Below are positions 27,275 to 36,389 of a stretch of DNA of 64,000 nt, one piece after another. The position numbers and the translations under genes are program-made. The stretch comes from an uncultured delta proteobacterium. Lineage in GTDB: Bacteria > Desulfobacterota > Desulfobacteria > Desulfobacterales > Desulfosalsimonadaceae. The DNA lies in assembly GCA_963826785.1 (NCBI GenBank), contig CAWGYD010000001.1:256001-320000 (forward strand). The letters are read 5' to 3'. Below the pieces are notes generated by a model. It saw only the letters and a program-made list of their open reading frames with translations. It had not been told where the DNA came from and ran no database searches. Each line of letters starts with the position of its first letter. Within the stretch, counting starts at the first letter, position 1.

Positions 27275-29856
27275 CTATTCCGGCCGCCTGCCCTCGAGCA
27301 TCTCTCTTTTGGCAGGCGAGTGAAAGTACGTGTAGCGCCAGATGGCGGTTTCGCCATGACAGTCGATGCAGACCGCCTTGTCGCTGGATGTCCGCAGAAA
27401 ACTGGTGTCGGCATTACCCTCGGTGTTTTTGCCCGGGCCTTTTTGCCTGACCCGGTGGTCCCACATGAAGAAAGAATGGCAGGAAGAACATGACAGATCG
27501 CCGACATGGCTTTCTTTCCAGCCGCTGTCAAACAGCTTGATATGATTCGCGGGCAGGGCATGGGAGCGCATGATGTTATTCATGAGCTGTCCGGGCGGAT
27601 GTTCCGCCACCGCCGGGATCTTTTTTTCCGCGATTTGCCCTTTGGAATGGCAGCCCGTACACAGGCCGTTCATGGGATGCTGATGTTCACCTGAAGGGCC
27701 ATAAGCCCTGGCCCACAGCAGATGTTTTTTATCACTGTGATGGGCGGCATGGCACGCCCCGCACGGTCCAGATTCGGCCACCGTCTGCCCCTGCTGATTT
27801 GTCGCGGCGGGCGCGGTCACGAACAGGTCGTGGTCGGTTCCGGTCAGAAGTGCGGTATCTTCGTGGCAGACCACGCAAAGGTCCGGGGAAGGGGAGGCCG
27901 GTTTTCTCAGGAAACTGGTTTTCGCATTCCCCTCAATGTTTTTGACCGCTGAACCCTCTGCCGGTGAGGGCCGCGCAGGCATTGCCGTCTTCGGGTTTCC
28001 GGACGACCAGATATGGGGATCATGGCAGGTGCGGCACCTGATGATGTCGCCGTTTTCTCTGCCGCCCTCCGGGTTGAACAGGGGCAGCAGTCCACTGACG
28101 CTTGCGGACGGCGGGATTTGCGGCCCCTTAGAGACGACATCGACCGGATGATCGTTTTCTCCCGCCCGTTTTTCTTTTGCCGGGCCATTTTGGGAGTGGC
28201 ACCCGGTGCAGTATGGCCGGGCGGATTTATTTCCATCGGGGAGATTCCGGGCCCACAGGGTTTTATCCAGGGCGTTGTGCGGGATATGGCACGCGCCGCA
28301 GGGCCCGGCGACTTGCGCGGTAAAGCCCTGGATGTTGGTCGCCTCCGGTGCGGTCAATGCCAGGTTGTGATCAAATGACAGCAGCTGCTCTTTATCCCGG
28401 TGGCATGAAACGCACAGCGCCGATGTCTTGCTGGCGGATATCCTTAAAAAACTGTTGGCGGCGTCTCCTTCGGCGTCTTTTCCGCCCCTGACGGTCCGGT
28501 GCGGCCGGATCCCATTGATGAAGGTTGTGGCAGGTGGCGCACTGGACCGTGCCGCCGGCCCGGGGGTGGCCGTCTTTGGCAAAAACCGGAAGTTTATCCG
28601 TGAGCCCGGGCCGGGAAGGTTTCGGGTCCGTTTTTGAAACCGGACCCATATCGATGGGGTGGGAATATTTGCCGATGCCCTTGATCTTGTCTGTTTTTGT
28701 TTCACCGTGGCAGGACAGGCAGGTCCGGGAGGCCGGGTTGCCGGGCCCGAGCTTCCGGGCCCAGAGCCGGTATCCGGCCGAATTGTGGGGGATATGGCAG
28801 GCCCCGCACGGCCCGGATTCGGACAGCGGCTGTCCTTTCAGATTGGTTTCTTCGGGCAGGGTCATCCTCAGGTCATGCTGGGTTTTTACGATGCTTCGTT
28901 CCTTGTGGCAGGTCATGCAGAGCTGTGAATCGCGGTTATCCATCAGGGTTAAATTGCGTCCTTTCGCCCCGTGGACCCGGTGGCAGGTCTGGCAGGTGAC
29001 CGTATCTTTTTTTTCTGCTTCGACGGCCCCCAGCGCAAACAGCCTGTCCGGGATCTTGAGTTTATCCGTGTGCACCGGGTGGCTGTGGGTGCGCGTAAAG
29101 TCGGCTTCATTCACATGGCAGGTCTCGCACAGCCCGGAATCGATATTGCCGAGGCGAAGAAAGGACATGGGGCCGGGTATGGCTTCCTCGAGGGGGGTTG
29201 AAGGCTTTGCCGTTTCCCCGCTGTGCGGCGAATGGCACGTACCGCAGTAGATTTCGTCCTTGTTGCTCAAGGTCAGCGCATCCGGGATCTTCACATTCTC
29301 GGATGGCTTTTTGAAGGTGGTGTGGTTGTTTCCTTTCCACACCACATGGCGCGAATCGAGAACATAGCCGTCATGGCAGCTGTAACAGATCTCTTCGGAG
29401 CTGACGATCCCCTGGGTGTCTTTCATCAAGACATTTCCCGGCTGAAATTCGATCAACGTCTCCCGGTTGGTTCTAAACACATCCAGCCACATGACATGGC
29501 ACATGGCGCATTCTTTTTTAGACGATTTTTCAAGTGCGGCCAAAGCGGGCGGTGCAGCTGACCAGAATGAGCATGCATACAACGGAAAAGATATGGAGGC
29601 CGGGGCGGCCCGACACCCCCCTAAAGCCCCCCTCGAGGGGGGAATGGGGATGGGCTTGCCCCCCAAGCGGAGAAAGCTTTAAAAATTCCCCTATGATTGG
29701 AGAAATCTTTTTGAACCCGCTTTTGAGCGGGGAAATCTTCTTGAATCCCCCTTTGAGGGGGGAATTAAAGGGGGGTGTCCCCCCGGATGGATAAAAGCCC
29801 CCCCCAATGTGAGCTGCCTTCTCAGCTATGGTGCGACAGTGTAAAAAGTGTTTCAT
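27275..29856 (-). CDS. Giant ~18-heme periplasmic cytochrome c (indels near 29562 and 28487)
   Basis: 9 CXXCH in 28392-29666 plus 9 in 27275-28705. ATG at 29856 overlaps the NHL stop (ATGA). Signal peptide LHIFSVVCMLILSAAPPALA is restored after one indel. Confidence 0.85.
29612..29779. repeat. Palindromic REP-like element with five 30-bp units, read in frame within the cytochrome N-terminus
   Basis: Termini GACACCCCCCT and AGGGGGGTGTC are inverted; units start at 29621, 29651, 29681, 29711 and 29741 and translate SPLKGGFKKI-like decapeptides. Confidence 0.75.
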
Positions 29857-30800
29857 TGCGCCACTTTCAACACACGTATCCGGTTGGCGCGCATTTCCAC
29901 CACGTGGAGCCGGTTTTTCGCATCGAAGGCAATCCCCACGGGGGTGGTAAACTCCCTTTTGGTGCCGTTGTCGCAGACCACCCCGATAAACCCGCCCAGA
30001 TCCGTGAACGCCTGGATGCATCCCATGAAGCTGTCCGTCACAAACACCCGTCCGGATCCGTCGACGGCCACGCCCTTGGGCTTGAACAGTTCCCCCGGGC
30101 TCACCCCCCAGGTGCCGATTTCGGTGATATAGTTGCCGTAGGGATCAAACTCCTGGATTCTTGTGTTCAAGACATCGACGACAAATATCTGGTTGAATTC
30201 GTTTACCGCCAGGATGCCGGGGTAGCGGAACTTGCCCCGCACTTCGCCGAATCCGCCCCATTCGAACATGAAGGTGCCGTCCTGCTGGTGGACCTTTATC
30301 TTGTGGTTGTCGTTGTCCGAGACATACAAAAAATTCTTGAGATCGATGGCCAGCACATCCACGGGATCGGCCGGTTTTTCGCCCGCCGACGTCTTGACCG
30401 GGAACATGTATAAAAAGGCGCCGTTTGAATCAAACACCTGGATCCGGTGATTGCCGGTGTCCGCCACAAAAACCCGACCCTGTTTTGACACATCGATGCC
30501 CATGGGGAACTGAAACTCGCCCGGCCCGCTCCCGTTTTTGCCGAAGGTGAGCCGCACGGCACCCCGGCTGTCCATCACAATGATCCGGTTATTGACGCCG
30601 TCCACAAGGTACATGTCCCCCTGCGGGCCGATGGCCAGGTCGCTCGGCTGGTCGGCGCCCGAAGGCTCAAGGGTTGCAAGAACTTCGCTGCTGACGCACT
30701 CCATGGCCGCCAGCGGGTTTGCCGGGACCAGCAGCAGAAAGACAATTGCGGCCGCAGGGACCAGAAGATCCCTGATCCTGATGTGAAAGGGGCGTTTCAT
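29853..30800 (-). CDS. NHL-repeat beta-propeller protein (exported); paralog of 19590-20591
   Basis: Signal peptide; FQFPMGIDV...VFVADTGNHRIQVF and LFKPKGVAVD blades. Confidence 0.9.
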   Translation of the reverse strand: MKRPFHIRIRDLLVPAAAIVFLLLVPANPLAAMECVSSEVLATLEPSGADQPSDLAIGPQGDMYLVDGVNNRIIVMDSRGAVRLTFGKNGSGPGEFQFPMGIDVSKQGRVFVADTGNHRIQVFDSNGAFLYMFPVKTSAGEKPADPVDVLAIDLKNFLYVSDNDNHKIKVHQQDGTFMFEWGGFGEVRGKFRYPGILAVNEFNQIFVVDVLNTRIQEFDPYGNYITEIGTWGVSPGELFKPKGVAVDGSGRVFVTDSFMGCIQAFTDLGGFIGVVCDNGTKREFTTPVGIAFDAKNRLHVVEMRANRIRVLKVAQ

Positions 30801-31684
30801 CGTCCGTCCTGATCCTGATTCTGGTTCTGGTCCTGTGCGTTGGATCCCATTTGATCCGATTGCTTGAACAAGTCGGGGAGATAGAATTCATCGTACTTGG
30901 TGATCATCCCCTTGATGCTCAGGTTTTCCAGATCGGTGATCCGTTTTTGGGAAAACCCCAGTTTCGTAAAATCGAGGATGCTCTTTGATGAATGGCAGGT
31001 CTGGCATTCCGGCCCCTTGGGGCGGATGTCCACGTGAAATTTTTTGGTGATCCCCCCCCGCTGTTCGGGGGTGAGCTGATCCCGGATCTTTACATAGTCC
31101 TTTGCCAGTTCCGCCTTCTGCATGTGCAGGGTGGGGGAAAGATTTGCGCCGTTTTGGTAAAAGGGGGCGATTTTTGAAAGATGATCCACCGCACGCTTCA
31201 ACTCCCCGGTTTCAGGGTCGTAGGCGGTACCGAAAAAGGGGCCTTCCGGGTGCTCCTGGATCGGTGAATACCATTTGTATACAATGGTTTCGCCTTCCTT
31301 GACGTCTAAATGGCATGTCTCACAGGCGAAGAAATTGGTGTGCATGTTCAGCATGGCCCGGATCTTCTTGGTTTTGCCGTGGGGCAGCTTGGAATGACAG
31401 ATGAAGCAAGTCGGTTGGAGCGCTTCCGGAGCCTCCGGCAGATCGGCAAAGTGATGAAAGTGCCGGTGCTCCTCCATTTTCTTTTGCTGTTTGAATTCTT
31501 TGAGGATCGGTGATTCCTTTTCCTGGAATTTTTCCACCAGCGGGATCAAAAGCCCGGGCCCGTGGCTGGAAAAGGCAAGGTGGTTGACCACGCCGCCCAG
31601 CACGAAGAGGACCATGAACCACACGAAAAACCCGATCAGGTAAACCGGCCAGGGATGTTCCTGCCGTTTGGGGTCTCTATCCAT
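30797..31684 (-). CDS. Membrane-anchored triheme cytochrome c (module 1)
   Basis: RBS GGGGAGG; N-terminal TM; HRHFHH, CFICH, MHTNFFACETCH, CQTCH; KYDEFYLP. Confidence 0.85.
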   Translation of the reverse strand: MDRDPKRQEHPWPVYLIGFFVWFMVLFVLGGVVNHLAFSSHGPGLLIPLVEKFQEKESPILKEFKQQKKMEEHRHFHHFADLPEAPEALQPTCFICHSKLPHGKTKKIRAMLNMHTNFFACETCHLDVKEGETIVYKWYSPIQEHPEGPFFGTAYDPETGELKRAVDHLSKIAPFYQNGANLSPTLHMQKAELAKDYVKIRDQLTPEQRGGITKKFHVDIRPKGPECQTCHSSKSILDFTKLGFSQKRITDLENLSIKGMITKYDEFYLPDLFKQSDQMGSNAQDQNQNQDQDGR

Positions 31685-32597
31685 TGCCTCCCCCTTCCTG
31701 ATCCGCATATCCCAGTTCGGATAACAGCGACCGCATGTATTCACGCTCTTCGGGAATTTCAGACAGGTTGCGCAGGTATTCCAGGAAATGCTCTTCCAGT
31801 TGATGCTCCCGCGTGATCCTGCCTGTAAAGACCGTCCATTGGGCGGGGAATCTGCCCGGTACGAGATGCACATTGGACAGATGCCAGAACGCAACGACGA
31901 TCAGGGCCATGATGGCCTCGTCCGCATGCATGATCCTGGCCAGGTCCTGGACAAACGACGGGTCAAAGGGCCACAGCAGCGCCACATATTCCGGGAACAG
32001 CAGCGCCGTGCCGGCAAATATCAGGACAAAACTTCCCCATAAAATGGCCAGGTAATGGATCTTCTGCTTGTACATGAATTTTTCCATCCGGGGCCGGAAT
32101 GGCGCAAACCCGAGGAAGTATTTTACATCCTGTATCAGATCAAAAAGATCTTTGGGCATCGGCACCTGGGTCCGACGGATATCGAATTCTCTGGCGATCA
32201 GTTTTCTGGCGCTTCCCGCAGCGATGGTCAGCACATGGTACACGGATGCGGCGACCATCACGAAGGCGGCGCTCCGGTGGATCAATTGCGCCGTATCGAC
32301 GCCGCCGAAAAGAAAAATAACATAGGGCGACCAGAACACGTCGCTGTAGTGAAGCGGGATGCCGGTGGCGGCCAGTGCGATAAAGGTGGTGAAAATCAGG
32401 ATGTGCTGAATGACAATGTGCACCGAGTAGCGGGGGAGATCGCCCAGGGGATTGGATTTCACATATTTATAGATATCCCGGGGGATGTATCCCACGCCCG
32501 CCACATGGGTAAAGTAATCGGCCGGCCGGGTCTTCGTCAGGGCCGGGGCGGCAATCTCTTTGGCGGCGGCAGTCATCGGGGCTCCTTTTGCAGGCAT
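31677..32597 (-). CDS. Di-heme cytochrome b (module 1)
   Basis: VIQH, ATGIPLHY, IHR, YH, MHADEAIMA, WHLSNVH, EEHFLEY. Confidence 0.9.
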   Translation of the reverse strand: MPAKGAPMTAAAKEIAAPALTKTRPADYFTHVAGVGYIPRDIYKYVKSNPLGDLPRYSVHIVIQHILIFTTFIALAATGIPLHYSDVFWSPYVIFLFGGVDTAQLIHRSAAFVMVAASVYHVLTIAAGSARKLIAREFDIRRTQVPMPKDLFDLIQDVKYFLGFAPFRPRMEKFMYKQKIHYLAILWGSFVLIFAGTALLFPEYVALLWPFDPSFVQDLARIMHADEAIMALIVVAFWHLSNVHLVPGRFPAQWTVFTGRITREHQLEEHFLEYLRNLSEIPEEREYMRSLLSELGYADQEGGGNG

Positions 32598-32604
32598 TTT
32601 TTCA

Positions 32605-33678
32605 TCATTTCGGTCTCTTCTGATTTCGCCAGCTGCTCCCGGCTTTTATTTTCATGCCGATGCCGTCTTTTTTCCGGCGGTACGTTTCCAGAAACAAGAG
32701 CCCCATGAGGCCGAATACGGTGCCATAGAGGATGATCCTGAGCACCATGTTGCTGATCAGAAACAGGATGGGATTACGCGGCTCATTAATGCTGGGGTGG
32801 ACGGCGATTTTGACGAAATGTTCGTTGATCCGGGTGTGGCAATTCTTGCAGGTGGCCTGCAGGTTATTTTCGTTTATCGAGGATTTCGGGTTGTCTTTTT
32901 TATAGATGTCATGAATCAGGCTGGAGGTATGGCAGCTGATGCAGTTGGCGGAATCGGAAGAGCCCAGCGTGGTCATCTTGCCGTGGATGGACTCCTTGTA
33001 GGTTTCGACCACTTCCAGGCCCGCGCCGGAAACCCCCAGCTGTTTCATCAGCGGGGCATTGGCGTGGCAGTTTTCGGCGCACAACGTCACGATCTCCTTT
33101 GAAGACCGGGAGGTCTTATGGCGCAGCCGGTGGGTGATGTGCCGGTAGGCCTCCGTCACCCCTTTTTTCTGATGGCAGTTCAGGCAGCGGTCCAGGGTTT
33201 TGCCATAGGAAATGATATTTTCGTCGACTCGTTTATACAGCGGATTCAAATGGCAGTACTTGCAATCCGGCTTGGATTGCTTCATCAGCGGCGAATCATC
33301 CGGTTTAATCGCGTGCACGCTGGTATTGAACACATCGATGATCTTCTGATGCGAAAAGTTTTTTTCCGCAAAGGGCGGCTTGATGTGGCATTCATTGGCG
33401 CAATTGACTTTTTCCGTCACCGGGTCATGGGGAAATTTCCTGATGTAGGTATGGCATCCCCGGCACTCCACTTCTCCGTGCAGGCTGTTTAAAAAAATAT
33501 GCTCATCCACCTGATAATTCCGCACCAATCCGTCTTCGCCGATTCTGCCCATGAACGGATATTTATGGCACATGAGGCAGTTTTCCTTGTCGGCGGCCCG
33601 GGCGTTCGAAAAACCGGATAAACCGGTCCCCAGAACCCCAAGCGACAATACTGCAATCAGGAGATATACCCGTTTCAA
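32605..33678 (-). CDS. Octaheme cytochrome c with C-terminal TM anchor (module 1; probable TTG start)
   Basis: Signal ending ARA; CLMCH, CRGCH, CANECH, CKYCH, CLNCH, CAENCH, CISCH, CKNCH; C-terminal TM. Confidence 0.85.
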   Translation of the reverse strand: MKRVYLLIAVLSLGVLGTGLSGFSNARAADKENCLMCHKYPFMGRIGEDGLVRNYQVDEHIFLNSLHGEVECRGCHTYIRKFPHDPVTEKVNCANECHIKPPFAEKNFSHQKIIDVFNTSVHAIKPDDSPLMKQSKPDCKYCHLNPLYKRVDENIISYGKTLDRCLNCHQKKGVTEAYRHITHRLRHKTSRSSKEIVTLCAENCHANAPLMKQLGVSGAGLEVVETYKESIHGKMTTLGSSDSANCISCHTSSLIHDIYKKDNPKSSINENNLQATCKNCHTRINEHFVKIAVHPSINEPRNPILFLISNMVLRIILYGTVFGLMGLLFLETYRRKKDGIGMKIKAGSSWRNQKRPK

Positions 33679-33700
33679 TGGTTCAGTTCCCTCGCTTGAA

Positions 33701-34594
33701 TTACATCTGGTGACATGCGATGCACAATTTGCCCGGCAGCCGGTGCCGGAACTTGCTGTCCGCCCCTTTGGCCGAAGGCTTGTCCGCGGCAATGACCCCT
33801 TTCTGATGGGGATTGTGACAGGTGATGCAGGTCATCTTGCCGTCTTTGGTCAGCGGAAGGATGATGTCATATTGCGCTTTCATGGCGTCCATCCGCTTGA
33901 GCGCTTCGGCCGACGGTTTGACCGCCGTGTGGTCGAAGTTGCCGGAGTGATTCCCGTTAATCTGGTGGCACCGCCTGCACAGGGTCTTGATATCCCCGAT
34001 GAAGGTGACTTCCTTGTAGGTCGCATTTTTTTCATCCGGCTTTTTCGCATGGCAATAAAGGCACATCCGGGTGTTCAGTTCGCCGTTGGCCGCTATCTGG
34101 TGATGCGCGTTTAATTTCTGGTAATCCGTACGGTCATGGCACTGGTAACAGAAATCCGTTTTCCGGGGGTAGGGCGCCCCCCGCAATGACTGCCGTTCAA
34201 ACAGGCGCTTCTGGCATTGACGGTAGACATCATGGCAGGTATTGCAGGTGAACTGACCGTCTTTTCTGGGAAATCCATCCGATATTTTTATTTTTTCGAC
34301 AGACGCCTGCACAATGTCCAGTGGATGGCAATAGCCGGGTGACATGCCGTGATGGCACCGGCACAACAGCTGGTAATCGCCATTGAATTTCAGGAAGGGA
34401 TCGCCGCCTTCAACCGGGGTCTTTTCGTGGCACTCGCTGCAGAATCGTCCGGTATAGTGTATGTTCGTATTCTCATCGACAACGCGGGTATCCGTCCGGG
34501 GGTTGATCTTTTCTGCTTCTTTTTCCCCGGGCAGGGACCGGCAGCCGCAAAAATACAAAAAGGCGATCAGAAGAATTATGGCTATGTTTCTCAT
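33701..34594 (-). CDS. Octaheme cytochrome c lipoprotein (7 CXXCH + 1 CXCH); first gene of the cluster
   Basis: Lipobox FCGC; CSECH, CRCH, CNTCH, CYQCH, CLYCH, CRRCH, CITCH, CIACH. Confidence 0.9.
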   Translation of the reverse strand: MRNIAIILLIAFLYFCGCRSLPGEKEAEKINPRTDTRVVDENTNIHYTGRFCSECHEKTPVEGGDPFLKFNGDYQLLCRCHHGMSPGYCHPLDIVQASVEKIKISDGFPRKDGQFTCNTCHDVYRQCQKRLFERQSLRGAPYPRKTDFCYQCHDRTDYQKLNAHHQIAANGELNTRMCLYCHAKKPDEKNATYKEVTFIGDIKTLCRRCHQINGNHSGNFDHTAVKPSAEALKRMDAMKAQYDIILPLTKDGKMTCITCHNPHQKGVIAADKPSAKGADSKFRHRLPGKLCIACHQM

Positions 34595-34863
34595 ACATTA
34601 TTTTTTGATATTGTTTTGACGTTTCCCGGACCGGCCGCATTTTTCTCTGCTCTCCCGTATCGCTGGTAACGCCCGTAAACACTGTTTTCACAAAAAAACA
34701 TAGCATTTCGTACCACAATGTGATAGCGGTTTCAATTAAAAAGATTTCACTTGCCGATAAAAGCAGTGAAATTAAAATTATGATGTTTTTCCCAGCGCTT
34801 AATCTTAAGAATGCCTGAAACCGGCCGTGTTCGTCGTGATCCAGGAAAAGGAATTGTTTTTTG

Positions 34864-36126
34864 ATGAAAAGATTGGCGACCCCGCTTCTGCTGTCTCTGT
34901 TATGCCTCATTCAACCGGGCTGCAAATCCGCCCCTGTTCAGGAGAAGACAATCCCCCCTGCAGCCATCGTCAACCCTGAAATACCGGTCCGGGTTGAACC
35001 CGTCCCCGCACCGGAACAGTCCGCGCATGCCCAAGAGAAAAATCCGCCGGTTGAAACCCAACCGGCACCCGAAGTTCAGGACGGGCTCTGCAAGCGGACC
35101 TGGCCTGACGGCAGCATGTATACCGGAGACTGCGTGGAGGGCATCCCCCATGGACAGGGCGCGATGACCTTTCCCGATGGCCGCCGGTACAATGGCCAAT
35201 GGGCAAACGGCAAAATTGCGGGTCTCGGGTCATTGTTTTTTCCGGATGGGAAGAATTATGCCGGCGGATTCCGGGACGGGAAATTCCAGGGCCACGGCAT
35301 CCTGGTTTTTCCGGATGGCAGGGTCTATGTCTGTGAATTTGAAAGCGGCAGCGCTTCGGGCGAGGGAAAAGCGATTTATCCCGATGGCCGGGTATTTTAC
35401 GGCCAATTTACGGATGGCATGCCGAAGGGGCAGGGAAGGCTGACCTTTCCGGACGGAACCGAATATGAAGGCCGGGTGGTTGCCGGCCGCCCTGACGGTG
35501 AGGGCACGGCCACATTTGCCGACCATGTGCGCTACAGCGGGCAATGGAAAAGCGGGGCAAAGCACGGCCGGGGGCTTGAGACCTATCCTGACGGCAGCCG
35601 TTACGAAGGCCGGTGGGAGCAAAATATCCGGCAGGGGCAGGGGATCATGACCTGGCCTGACGGAAAGCGCTATTCCGGCCAATGGGAAAACGGGACCCGC
35701 CGGGGACAAGGCATTGAGACCGGTCCCGACGGCAGCCGGTATGAAGGCGGGTGGGAGGATAATGTCCGGCAGGGACAGGGCGTCATGACATGGCCCGAAG
35801 GGAAAAAATACACCGGACAATGGAAAGAAAACGCCAAGCACGGGCACGGCATTGAGACCTATCCCGACGGCAGCAGCTACGAAGGCGATTGGAAAGAGGG
35901 AAAACCGGCCGGCCGCGGCATTGCGATATACCCCGACGGCAGCAGATATGACGGCCAGTGGCAAGACGGCCGGCCCAACGGGCATGGAAAAGCCACCTAT
36001 GCCGACGGCTCCACGTTCGAAGGCGAGTGGAAATCAGGCGAGGCCCATGGCAAGGGGATGGCCACATTCACCGACGGGACCCAAAAAGCAGGAGAATTTA
36101 AAGCCGGGGAATTCATGGGGGAATAG
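34864..36126 (+). CDS. MORN-repeat lipoprotein
   Basis: Lipobox QPGC; Pro-rich linker; about 15 repeats of Y.G.W..G...G.G..T..DG. Confidence 0.9.
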   Translation: MKRLATPLLLSLLCLIQPGCKSAPVQEKTIPPAAIVNPEIPVRVEPVPAPEQSAHAQEKNPPVETQPAPEVQDGLCKRTWPDGSMYTGDCVEGIPHGQGAMTFPDGRRYNGQWANGKIAGLGSLFFPDGKNYAGGFRDGKFQGHGILVFPDGRVYVCEFESGSASGEGKAIYPDGRVFYGQFTDGMPKGQGRLTFPDGTEYEGRVVAGRPDGEGTATFADHVRYSGQWKSGAKHGRGLETYPDGSRYEGRWEQNIRQGQGIMTWPDGKRYSGQWENGTRRGQGIETGPDGSRYEGGWEDNVRQGQGVMTWPEGKKYTGQWKENAKHGHGIETYPDGSSYEGDWKEGKPAGRGIAIYPDGSRYDGQWQDGRPNGHGKATYADGSTFEGEWKSGEAHGKGMATFTDGTQKAGEFKAGEFMGE

Positions 36127-36389
36127 CGATCTCTCCCCAGCAACCCGCATCGTTTGCTCTGGCGCCGATCCATCATCCCCGGCTGCGCTGCTCGCCGGTT
36201 GAACAGGTAAACGGATTGGCCCTTTTCGCGCCTTGACGGTAGACCCTTTGAAAGGGGGTTGCATTATTTCATAATTTTTCCCATCATATATAAGGGCTGA
36301 ACAGTTGATCGGACACCCGAACGGATAAATCTTTTTTCGAATAAGGGGAGGGGGGCCGGAACAATGACTTATCGGGGATTTTCATTCCG

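Noticed and set aside
29621..29770. 30-bp periodic array as a CRISPR
   Set aside because: Units are degenerate and contiguous with no spacers; no cas genes.
30803..30836. 6-bp microrepeats encoding QDQNQNQDQD
   Set aside because: Low-complexity in-frame C-terminal tail with no evidence of function.
7732..34594. Cytochrome cluster as a mobile island or pseudogenised region
   Set aside because: No integrase, tRNA or flanking direct repeats seen; indels also occur outside the cluster and look like assembly noise.
36138..36252. Possible degenerate MITE (GCAACCC...GGGTTGC)
   Set aside because: The inverted repeat is only ~7 bp; insufficient without other copies.
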